Shown here: positions 25,901 to 35,586 of the stretch, in pieces
Position numbering within the stretch: the stretch's first letter is position 1
Layout: every line of letters begins with the position of its first letter
Source: Macrostomum lignano
Lineage: Eukaryota
Direction: 5' to 3'
Length of the DNA: 64,000 nucleotides
Assembly (NCBI GenBank): GCA_002269645.1
Contig: NIVC01000952.1
Span: forward strand, 1-64,000
The notes under the pieces: generated by a model
Database searches by the model: none
Told to the model about the DNA's origin: nothing
What the model saw: the letters and a program-made list of their open reading frames with translations, nothing else
Position numbers and translations under genes: made by a program

Positions 25901-28900
25901 CTCGAATCCCACACCGACTCGAATCCCACATTAACTCGAATCCCACACTGACTCGAATCCCTCAGATTCGAATCCCACATTAACTCGAATCCCACACCGA
26001 CTCGAATCCCACATTAACTCGAATCCCACACTGACTCGAATCCCACATTAACTCGAATCCCACACTGACTCGAATCCCTCAGATTCGAATCCCACATTAA
26101 CTCGAATCCCACACCGACTCGAATCCCACATTAACTCGAATCCCACACTGACTCGAATCCCACATTAACTCGAATCCCACACCGACTCGAATCCCACATT
26201 AACTCGAATCCCACACTGACTCGAATCCCACAGATTCGAATTCCACATTAACTCGAATCCCACAGATTCGAATCCCACATTAAATCAAATCCCAAACTGA
26301 CTCAAATCCCACACCGACTCGAATCCCACACTGATTAAAATTTTAAGCTCATAGAACCTCATATTTTAATCCCAAAGATCCGGAAACGCAATTGAATCTG
26401 AAAAACTAACTACCCAAACTAACTTGTCAATAGGAAAAAATCCATGGCCAGCGGAGGCGCTTTCGGTTGCCAGGCCGTTGCTAGGCAGCCGCAGGATCAG
26501 CAAGGCGAAGCTCTGCATGCCTGACGGATCCGTGACTCGCACCGACAGGTCCAGGCGGCCGCCAGCCCGCGCCATCAGCCGGCCCGCTGCCGTGCCGTTC
26601 AGGACGCACAGCTGGCCGGTGCGCGGCTCCAGCCGAAAAGCGGATTCGAACTCGCGACCGTACCAGCTGGCTGTAGGGTTGACGGCGAAGTCAAAGTTCA
26701 GCACGGAGCCGCAGTCTGGGTCGAAGGCCGATACCCGAGCGACGCAGGCGCCGTCGGTGAGCGAGGCGAGGGAGACGGCAGCGGTGAACACCGGGCGGTG
26801 GAAGCGGGGCGGGAAGGCGGCCGAGCTGCTGACAGTGACTGTCAGAGTGGCGTTCCCAGTCAGCGGCGGCCTGCCGCAGTCGGTAGCGCCGAGCAGTACT
26901 GAGAGGCTGCCGCACAGCAGCCAGCTGCCACCGGCGCCGTCGGCCAGCGACACCCAACCGGTGGCAGAGTCGATCTCCAGTGCGCCACCGCCGCCGCTCA
27001 GGATGGCGTAGGTCACCGGGTCGCCATCCGGGTCGACAGCCGACACCTGCAAGAGACGCCTGGCGCCGGTCCCGTCGCTGGTCGATGCGGCGGTGACGGC
27101 GGCTTGGTAGGCGGGCCGCGCGAACACCGGGGCGCGCTCGTTGCGCAGCTGGACGGTCAGGTTGAGCAGCAGGCTGGCCGACAGCGGCGGCGCACCGGAG
27201 TCCGTGGCCGTGAGCGAGAGGGTGAACTGGCCGGGCGACAGGCGCGAGGCCACCTGAGGGGCGTCAGGATAGTGAGAGGAGAATTCAGATCATTGACTGA
27301 TGCGCCAAACACATTGATACCTGTTTGATGACTCATTGAGTGGTCAAATGCTGAAGGATTAAAGTCAGCCTTGCTCTGCGACGCGTCTAAGCTCCCGTGC
27401 TTAAGTACGAGTAGCTAAGGATTGTTTCTGGAAAATGATTGCAGCCCCGGCTTGTCTTGCGACCCAAATCTGAGGGCTAATCTCTCTTCATAGATGAGTG
27501 TACTTTGCTTGTTGATGAGGATGGCAAAAGTTGCTTGTGCTGTGTCTCCGTAAGCATCCGCACTCCATAGCGCACCTCCTGGGACTCAGGCCACTACGAG
27601 AGATGATCTGTCCCCTTAGTATGAACTGTATGGACTTATTGAACTCAGATCAGCTTAAAATCACATAGGGAGTCAATATATTTCAGCCTTTTCAGTGGTT
27701 TCCTAGAAGAGCAGATGCTTTTCTTAGCAGAGACAACTACTTGTAGATTTTGTCTTAACTTGTCGAATGAGCACTAGAGTTACATTTCGTCTAGGGCAAA
27801 AATTGCGAAACTAGAACTTGCAACCTATTGATAACAGCCAAACAAATTTCACACAATTTTTTCCGTGCAAAATCTGAAATGGACTTGACTAGCGAAGGCA
27901 TCAGCGAAGCCGCATCATCGCCCAGTCTGTGCGACTTTCGACGCTGTGCAGCCGCTGGCGATGCGCATTTTCGGCTTCCACCGGATGACGGAAGCTCCTC
28001 TGTCGACGCCTTCAACGCTGACACCCCGTTGAGCTGCAAACGGTCCCCAGATCGAAGCAGAAAGACCTATAAGCTTACTCGATTCAGCACTGCGGAAGTT
28101 TGCCTGACCCCGGACTTGCAGCAGGCGGTTGTCAGGTCACGGTCAGCTGTGGATTCAAGGCCTCGCTCAGAGAGTTCAGTTGTATCGTCACTGAACGAGA
28201 AAGCGACTGCAAGCAGGAGGACTCACTGCTTCTTCGAGAGTATCTTCCTCAGGAGTCTGCCGGTTACTCCAGCTAGGGAAGTATCTCACAATTTGCTGCT
28301 CGAGTCCTGCACACCTATGCCAACGCCAGTGGAGACAGACAGACCAGTAATCAAGACAGTGAGGAAGCATTGGTGCATCGTGTTTTGTAGCTCAACTCCG
28401 GCACAGGTGCTACCATCGCCAAGGTCGTACTTGGTCCCGTCGAATCTCGACTGTCCCTGCAAGCATCACTGCATTGACTGTCATACTGGTGACGCCATCG
28501 ATTGGCCATCGAGTGAACAAAACATTCTGCAGAAGTGCAGTTCAATGACACGCCGCGTCAACCGCAGCTTTCGGTATGCTCTCCAGCAACAAATAACCCG
28601 CGTCTCTGACGACCCATCACCTGTCTTGGCCGTAGAATTCAAGGAGGAATTCAACCTTCAGCTGGAGCTGCTGTACCAGCAACCACAGAGCTGGCAAAGC
28701 TGTGCAGAGTCTACAAGCGAGTCAATTTACCTACAACCGGCTGTTTCTCGGCGAGAAAAAGTACTTTTCTACTGTGAGCTTTCCGACTGTGACGAGACTG
28801 TGACGGACTGGCAGATGGCTGCATTTTACAAGCTGAAATGTCACCCCATGACTGCACGTTGCATCAGGGAGAAACCGACTGCGTCATCGGATTGGCGAAT

Positions 28901-31900
28901 GGAGCAATGGCGCATACAGTGCAACGAGCCACAGTGCGCACCTCTTACTGAGGTCCTGCATCCGGCTTTGCATTACTCAAGTGGAGCCAGTACTGGCGAC
29001 TGCGGCTGCACTACCGACTGTCAGCAGATGAAGCCTCAGTGGCCGCCTGCACCTGATCCACATTCATCACATCGAACTCGCGACAGCGACTGCTGCACAT
29101 CAGTTAGCTACTCAAATGTGCACTCAGCACCAGAACGACGTGTAGACAAGAGATGGCGGCAGCGTCGGCGAGCTCCCTCGGATTCACCGTCAGCTTCGGC
29201 GGTCTCAACTCAGTCAGCAGAGACCGAATCAGCCGTACTGCATACGGCCATTGCAAGAGGCGGATTCGACCACCTTCTGCAGACGCTGGAGAGGGCGAGA
29301 CTGCGGTACAGCGGCTCTGCTGTCTCTGCAACTTTCTCCTGTCCAGGGACGGGTAGTGGACGACGTCGCCGGAGGCAGCAGAGCAAGGCGTGCAGCTTTC
29401 AGACATGCCATGCAACCTGCGATCTTGGCCTCGAAAATGACAGAAATGAATTAGAGATTGAAGACGAAGATGTCGAGGAGTCTGAGCTTGAGAACACGCA
29501 GGTACTCGACGGAAACCAGTCGAACTTCGAAGACAACGACTGCAGCGATGAGTTTTGTGCCTGCGACACTCAATATTGCAGCTGCAACTTTAGAACTTGT
29601 TGCTGCGAAGGCGACTATCAGTGCAATGACGGTCTCGCAGAGCCGTCTGTGCAGCCTCTTATCGACCATTCGACCGCATCTCAGCGGGAGCGCCGGGAGG
29701 CGAAAATCATCGACTCCATGTCGCAGTCGCTGCTCACGCTAACGAAGAGCTTGGAGTCGTGCGTGCGTCACATTCGCGGCACAGTGGCGGAGCTGCAGCG
29801 ACTCTGATTCCGCATTATAGATATTAGACCCACTGCTACAAATTTATTTACCAATAAGTCCACTTACATGAGCTTTACATATTGTTTGTTGCAGTACGGT
29901 ATAGTCATTTTCTCTACCTTTATAAATAAAAGAGCTGCCGATGAGATATTCAAAGCTGAACTGCCCTCTTAAGCTTTTTAATGAGGCCGAATTCAGTCCG
30001 ATTTTCTTGACTGGGTCGCCATCATAAACCCGAAAAATCACAACCCTGAAAGCAATTCCCATCATAAACTCGAAATATCATAAACCTGAAATATCCCAAA
30101 CCCGAAATATCACAAACCCGGAATATCATAACTCCGAAAACCGAAATAGTTTTGGACTGTTATAACTTTCGGAGTTATGATATCTCGGGTTTATGATGGG
30201 CAATGCTATTTTTGTTTTCGGAGTTGTGATTTCTCGGGTTCGTGATGGAAAGCGCTTTTCGGAGTTGTGATTTTTCGGGTTTGTGATGCCCCCCCTTGAC
30301 TTGACTTGCTCTACCTGGAATCGAGAGTTGTTTAGTTTAAGCACGCACTTGACTTCGCCTTAAAATGCTTTGCAAGGACGCGAATCCCAATAAAATACAT
30401 AAAATTTAGCAGACAAGAGCGCCAGCGTTGTATGACTAGTGCTGATTTCCGAGTGGCAATGACTTTCGGGGAGGTTCCTATGCTGCATCGAAACAGTTTG
30501 ACCGGTTATAAACTTTTTATACAGCAGCTGGTATACCTTTGTTTGATAGGTGCACAGATACTTTTTGTGTGGTTGAGTATGTGTTAAGCAATTGCCCCGA
30601 GAAAATTGAAATAAATCTATTGAGCAACAACACAATCAATGACAAGAATCTTTGATCGAAGTGCCAGATCATTAATCGAGGTGTCAGATCATTAATCGAG
30701 GTGTCAAATCATTGATCGGGGTGTCAGATCATTGATCGAGGTGTCAGATCATTAATCGAGGTGTCAGATTATTGATCGAGGTGTCAGATCATTAATCGAG
30801 GTGTCAGATCATTGATCGGGGTGTCAGATCATTGATCGAGGTGTCAGATCATTAATCGAGGTGTCAGATTATTGATCGAGGTGTCAGATCATTAATTGAG
30901 GTGTCAGATCATTTATCGAGGTGTCAGATCATTTATCGAGGTGTCAGATCATTGATGGAGGCGTCAGATCATTAATCGAGGTGTCATATCATTGATAAAG
31001 GTGTCAGATCATTGATCGAGGTGTCAGATCATTAATCGAGGTGTCAGATCATTGATCGAGGTGTCAGATCATTGATGGAGGCGTCAGATCATTAATCGAG
31101 GTGTCAGATCATTGATCGGGGTGTCAGATCATTGATCGAGGTGTCAGATCATTGATCGAGGTGTCAGATCATTAAACGAGGTGTCAGATCATTAATCGAG
31201 GTGTCAGATCATTGATCGAGGTGTCAGATCATTAATCGAGGTGTCAGATCATTAATCGAGGTGTCAGATCATTGATCAAGGTGTCAGATCATTGATCGAG
31301 GTGTCAGATCATTGATCGAGGTGTCAGATTATTGATCGATGTGTCAGATCATTGATCGAGGTGTCAGATCATTGATCGAGGTGTCAGATCATTGATCGAG
31401 GTGTCAGATCATTGATCGAGGCGTCAGATCATTGATCGAGGTATTGAGGTGTCAGCTCATTTGATAAGATGTCAGTTCATTGAGCGAGACGTCAGGCCCA
31501 TTGCGGTTCTCACCTGCAGCACGTAGAGGTTGACATCCAGAGGCGCCAGCCTGAAGTACTCCGGACACTGGGCGGCGCCACCCGCCAGCTGGCAGGCCAG
31601 CGTCAATTTCACTGGTTCTCCGGGCCTGTCCGGGTCGGCCGCCTGCACTCGGAACACCGGTTGACCCACTGGTGTCACCTGGGTCAGGTCGGCGCTGCCC
31701 AGTCTGGTGGCCGAAATCGATGGCGGCCGGTCGTTGACGTCCAAGACGCGCACCAGCAGGTTGGCGCTGTTGGAATTGGCGCCATCCGACGCCAGCAGGA
31801 CCAGCGAGTGGGCGCGCTTGGTCTCGAAGTCTAACTGGCCGGCCAGGCGGACAATCCCGGTGTCCGGCTCCACTGAGAACAGGCGGCTAGACTCGGACAC

Positions 31901-32710
31901 CCCGTGCTCGATGCTGTAGCTCACAATGCCGAACACCCCGGCGTCCCGATCGGTGGCCCGCACCTGGAGCAGCCGGGAGCCAACAGTGGCGTTCTCCAGC
32001 ACGTCCAGGCTGTAGCGAGTCTGCTCAAACACCGGCCGCTCATCGTTGGCGTTCTCCACGATCACAGTGACACCGGCCGAGCCGGTCAGGCCGCGCTTAT
32101 CCGTGGCAACCAGCCGCAGGCGGTGCTCAGCTGCCGACTCGAAGTCCAGCGGGGCGAGCAGCTCCAGCAGCAAGTCGGAGCGGGCCGGCCTGGCGGGCTG
32201 CTGGCGGAGCCGGAGGCGGAACCGGTGCTCGGCGTTACCAGCGGTGATCTCCACTCGGTCGAGGCCGTTCTCCGCCGAGTCAGCGTCCTCCACGAAGCCC
32301 AAGGACAGCTCAGTGGGGACAGCGACCGTCTCCAGCAGCCGCAGCCACAGGCTGGAGTTTGAGAAAGTTGGGGCGCAGTCGTTTTTGTCGTCGACTAGCA
32401 CGGTCACGTGACCGACCTGGCTGCCGCAGATGAAGTCGAAGCTGTAGGAAGCCTGGGCCTCGCGGTCCAGGGCTGCAAGAGTTCGAATCTGGCCGGTGCG
32501 CGAGTCCAAGCTGAAGCGGTCGCGCGGGATGCTGAAGGAGTTGTACACCTGGGCGCCGGCGCCGCCGCCACAGTCGCCGGAGTTCACAGAGCCAACAAGC
32601 AGGTCCGGCCGGTCTCCGTTCTCCTCAACATGGAAGGTGAAGTTGCTGGCTTGGCCGCTAGCGCCAGGGGGCGAGTGTAGCAGCGGCAGCAGCAACAGCA
32701 GCGGCAGCAT
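7699..32710 (-). CDS. ds: Dachsous protocadherin (9 exons, about 2968 aa)
   Basis: Signal peptide MLPLLLLLPLL, roughly two dozen cadherin repeats (DRE, DxNDNxPxF, AxDxG motifs) and a TM segment (GIGGGVLGVVALIAVAVLLAVLG). The cytoplasmic motifs SSSGRGS and WTPQYQPLASVFAEIAQLKD are typical of Dachsous/DCHS. Phase-compatible GT-AG exons: 32710-31514, 27253-26424, 25435-22249, 21466-20914, 16227-15276, 14487-14037, 10256-9819, 9498-8416, 7914-7699 (sum 8907 nt, divisible by 3). Confidence 0.9.
7985..8390. repeat. G-rich minisatellite (GGGTGACTGG-based), ds intron 8
   Basis: Tandem copies with unit-length variants. Confidence 0.9.
8416..9498 (-). CDS. ds: Dachsous exon 8 (last cadherin repeats, TM, proximal cytoplasmic tail)
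   Basis: IEDVDEFRP, TM helix, SSSGRGSS; acceptor cctcag|GTG, donor CAG|gtttgc. Confidence 0.85.
9552..9792. repeat. 28-bp minisatellite, ds intron 7
   Basis: GACATGTGACArGCGGATGTGAwTGACT, about 8 copies. Confidence 0.95.
9819..10256 (-). CDS. ds: Dachsous exon 7
   Basis: LEVTDVNDNAPEF; acceptor ccgcag|CTC, donor GAG|gttggt. Confidence 0.85.
10510..11050. repeat. Polypurine GA-rich repeat
   Basis: GGAGAGGAT/GGAGAGGAA/GGAGAGGAG units. Confidence 0.95.
11655..11800. repeat. Polypyrimidine CT tract
   Basis: CTCTCTC-rich low-complexity sequence. Confidence 0.9.
12465..12830. repeat. 16-bp minisatellite (CTGGAATCTTCACAAA)
   Basis: About 22 tandem copies. Confidence 0.95.
13280..13870. repeat. 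21-bp minisatellite (CCGATACCCAAAGACAGGTGC variants)
   Basis: Tandem copies with higher-order variant blocks. Confidence 0.93.
14037..14487 (-). CDS. ds: Dachsous exon 6
   Basis: RPLDRELAASWRLTAVCEDNGQPRLTASAELT; acceptor tctgcag|G, donor ACG|gtgagg. Confidence 0.8.
14548..15295. repeat. 84-bp higher-order minisatellite (35+14+35) overlapping the ds exon 5 donor site
   Basis: About 9 units; each 35-bp subunit contains CAG|GTGTGT on the minus strand. Confidence 0.95.
15276..16227 (-). CDS. ds: Dachsous exon 5
   Basis: VLNVDDCAPVF cadherin motif; acceptor ctcccag|GT, donor CTTAG|gtgtgt. Confidence 0.85.
16870..17420. repeat. Polypurine GA-rich repeat
   Basis: GAGAGGAGAT/GAGAG units. Confidence 0.93.
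18658..20900. repeat. 22/24-bp minisatellite, 2.2 kb
   Basis: ACTGTGTCAGCACCCTGTAACACT (24 bp) mixed with ACTGTCAGCACCCTGTAATATT (22 bp). Confidence 0.97.
20914..21466 (-). CDS. ds: Dachsous exon 4
   Basis: VDVEIVDQNDHRPEF cadherin motif; acceptor gcgcag|GTA, donor TCTG|gtgagg. Confidence 0.85.
21525..22225. repeat. Degenerate ~22-24-bp minisatellite (TTCTATGGGCGGATAGGGGGCG)
   Basis: Fills most of ds intron 3. Confidence 0.93.
22249..25435 (-). CDS. ds: Dachsous exon 3
   Basis: 1080-aa ORF of cadherin repeats; acceptor cccccag|A, donor GAG|gtgcac. Confidence 0.9.
25485..26335. repeat. 14/16-bp minisatellite with TCGAATCCCAC core
   Basis: Fills most of ds intron 2. Confidence 0.95.
26424..27253 (-). 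CDS. ds: Dachsous exon 2
   Basis: Cadherin repeats; acceptor cctcag|GTG, donor GACAA|gttagt. Confidence 0.85.
27879..29807 (+). CDS. Intronless Ser/Cys-rich orphan protein, copy A (nested antisense in ds intron 1)
   Basis: Open 659-codon ORF. The ATG at 27879 aligns with the ATG of copy B, and the frame is preserved between copies. No domain recognised. Confidence 0.65.
   Translation: MDLTSEGISEAASSPSLCDFRRCAAAGDAHFRLPPDDGSSSVDAFNADTPLSCKRSPDRSRKTYKLTRFSTAEVCLTPDLQQAVVRSRSAVDSRPRSESSVVSSLNEKATASRRTHCFFESIFLRSLPVTPAREVSHNLLLESCTPMPTPVETDRPVIKTVRKHWCIVFCSSTPAQVLPSPRSYLVPSNLDCPCKHHCIDCHTGDAIDWPSSEQNILQKCSSMTRRVNRSFRYALQQQITRVSDDPSPVLAVEFKEEFNLQLELLYQQPQSWQSCAESTSESIYLQPAVSRREKVLFYCELSDCDETVTDWQMAAFYKLKCHPMTARCIREKPTASSDWRMEQWRIQCNEPQCAPLTEVLHPALHYSSGASTGDCGCTTDCQQMKPQWPPAPDPHSSHRTRDSDCCTSVSYSNVHSAPERRVDKRWRQRRRAPSDSPSASAVSTQSAETESAVLHTAIARGGFDHLLQTLERARLRYSGSAVSATFSCPGTGSGRRRRRQQSKACSFQTCHATCDLGLENDRNELEIEDEDVEESELENTQVLDGNQSNFEDNDCSDEFCACDTQYCSCNFRTCCCEGDYQCNDGLAEPSVQPLIDHSTASQRERREAKIIDSMSQSLLTLTKSLESCVRHIRGTVAELQRL
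30020..30288. mobile_element. Foldback-like element with internally repetitive inverted arms
   Basis: Left arm CATCATAAACCCGAAAAATCACAAC and tandem ATCAyAAACCCGAA units face the right arm TTCGGAGTTGTGATTTTTCGGGTTTGTGATG. No clear TSD. Confidence 0.6.
30650..31445. repeat. 20-bp minisatellite (GTGTCAGATCATTGATCGAG)
   Basis: About 40 copies. Confidence 0.97.
31514..32710 (-). CDS. ds: Dachsous exon 1 (signal peptide and first cadherin repeats)
   Basis: ORF 31472-32710; donor CAG|GTGAGA. Confidence 0.9.
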
Positions 32711-33649
32711 AGTGCGTCAGAGTGTCATGCCATGCCAGCAAGTTGCCGACAGTCAAACCGCTGGAACACAGGGGCGGGCCCGAGAATGACTTAATAGCCC
32801 CACGGTTGGGCCGGCAGTGCGTCAGGGATTGGCGCCCACACGGATCGGCGGCAGAGCCAATCAGAAAGGCTTGAGACGGAAAACTTATTCTCGTTCGATT
32901 CATTCGTCACCTTACTAGCCCTCTGGGGCGAGTGTGCGAGATAGAGGAGAGCCAGACTGCCTGTACAACCCCTGTCTACATCTTTGCTAGATCCTCATCT
33001 GCTGCTCAGCTCGAGCTCATTTCTGCCCCTCTCTTTTGCGACTTTGGCGAGCGAGGCAAGCGAGCGATAGATAAGATTGGGGTCAGGGGGAATCACATTT
33101 AGGACTCGAAGGCTTCGCTTGGCTACCGGAGACTGACAGACAGAGTGACGAACAGTGCCTACTGATTGGGTCGATCGGGGGGAACTGCCGAGGTCCCGGG
33201 CCGCAGCAGCCGCCCCTCCCGCCTGCTCTGTAATTCAAAGACGCGAGAGGGAGAGGTGGAACTGAGGATGAGGCGAGATCAGGAGGAGGGATTACTCAGC
33301 TTCCGATTTTGCGGCTAAGCAAGCCTCCTCAATCCCACACAACCCCACTCGCCATGAGAGTCTGAGAGCAGAGCGCAGTGAGAGGAAAACGCGAGCTTAT
33401 TCCAGATGGGAGGGAGCTCTGTAGCGAATCTTGAGTGATTTTTTTCAAACATCCTTGAGTAAGGAAGAATAGAGAGCGAAATTGCGAACTAGCTAGACTT
33501 TTTTATCACCGTCAGAACTGTGCGGAATTCTAGAGAAAATATTCAGAGCTTGGAAGATTGCAAAAAGAGCTTGGTAAAAAGTGAGTTGCTACTCACTTTT
33601 TAATGCAAAAATCCTATTCATGCAACACTGCAACACTGATCTAGCTGGC

Positions 33650-34175
33650 ACCTCTGTCACCTTGGGAATTCCCTATGATCCAGCTTGCATCTCTGTCACC
33701 TTGGGAATTCCCGGTGATCCAGCTTAAATCTTTGTCACCTTGGGAATTCCAGATGATCCAGCTTAAACCTCTGTCACCTTGGGGAATTCCCCGGTGATCC
33801 AGCTTGCATCTCTGTCACCTTGGGGAATTCCCCGGTGATCCAGCTTGCATCTCTGTCACCTTGGGGAATTCCCCGGTGATCCAGCTGAAATCTTTGTCAC
33901 CTTGGGAATTCCAGATGATCCAGCTTAAACCTTTGTCACCTTGGGGAATTCCCCGGTGATCCAGCTTAAACCTTTGTCACCTTGGGGAATTCCCCGGTGA
34001 TCCAGCTTGCATCTCTGTCACCTTGGGGAATTCCCCGGTGATCCAGCTTGCATCTCTGTCACCCTGGGAATTCCCGGTGATCCAGCTTGCATCTTTGTCA
34101 CCTTGGGAATTCCCCGGTGATCCAGCTTGCATCTTTGTCACCCTGGGAATTCCCGGTGATCCAGCTTGCATCTGC
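33650..34175. repeat. 39-41-bp minisatellite with internal palindrome GGGGAATTCCCC
   Basis: About 13 copies. Confidence 0.95.
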
Positions 34176-35337
34176 CACCCCTAGATACATGTTAAGTTCC
34201 CTCAGCTCTCGCGGGGGAGGACATCATTCGAAATCAAATAGCCAAAATTTTGGAGGCAATTTTTGTTAGTCGTAGAAGAAACTCAATCAGGGCGCTTTGC
34301 CGCGGCAACTGAAAACTGGCTAAGAACTCGAGGATTCTGCAGAGGCAAAACTCTTGGTGATTACGTAATTGTAATCGAATCTCAATAGGCAAGCTCAGAT
34401 TTCTGTCTCCAAGTTAATTAACTAAAAATCTTGCTACGCCTGCTTACGAATTGAAATTCGCTCTTTTAGAAGCCAAAATGTTCTCAGTTAGAGCTTAACT
34501 GGCCTCTGCAATTAACGAATTATCAAAGAATTCTTAGCAGAAAAAATAGAATTCAGGCATGCCAGTAAAAAAATCCTCCCTTAGAAAAGGGATACACAAA
34601 GTTAAATGCAGAAAAAGAAAGACAGGCAGTCAGGCGCCCACAGAATCTCCAGTCCTCCATCGCTGGCGGACGGGGCGTGACGTAACCGCGCTAGGGTCAT
34701 TACTGCCCCTCCGCTGTTCCCCCTCCCCCGTTGCGTGTCCCCAGCAGCCCCGGTGAATAGACTAGCGAAGCCTAGATTTTAGAAGTCTAGCGAAACTAGA
34801 TTTCCGCGACTCTTTTTAGACCCAAAAATTCATCTCCGTTTCAAATTCTTTTGCAACAAAGAAGAGAGAAAAAAACAGTTGAAAACGATAATAAAAAACA
34901 AGGAAAGTCTTCGTTTGCCTTTGCAATTCTGAAAACCTCGTGCTAGCGGCCAGGCACTGGATGGGAACATTTTATTTTTCCAGCCGGACCCAACTGAAAT
35001 AGCGAGATCGCTAATTCAATTTGACCGTCAGTCGGTCGCTCACCTGCCCCCCCCCCTCTCGTTCAATTTCAATTCAAATTGTCACCCGCAACGATCTCTA
35101 GAATTCTTAATGACCGGGGGCTTCGGCAGAGGCGTGACGCATTCAACGCTTTGAAGCGTCTATAGAAGAGCCGCAAGATTCCGTCGAGTGCCCTCTCAAA
35201 CGAGGGCGCGCCACTTGGCAACCAACGAAGAGCCGACGAGACTGGAGACTCCTGCGCACTAGACAAGATGAGAGCAGAGATAGGCGAACTCTGCCAACTA
35301 AACAGGCTTCAGCCTTTGATTGCTTATCTTCTTTGTT

Positions 35338-35388
<51 letters not shown>

Positions 35389-35413
35389 ATCTGTCTGTTT
35401 GTTTGTCTGTCTC

Positions 35414-35450
<37 letters not shown>

Positions 35451-35511
35451 TTGTCTGTCTCTCTGTCTTTCTGTCTGTCTGTCTGTCTGTCTGTCTGCCT
35501 GCCTGCCTGCC

Positions 35512-35585
<74 letters not shown>
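35338..35585. repeat. (CTGT)n microsatellite
   Basis: About 60 tetramers. Confidence 0.97.
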
Positions 35586-35586
<1 letters not shown>

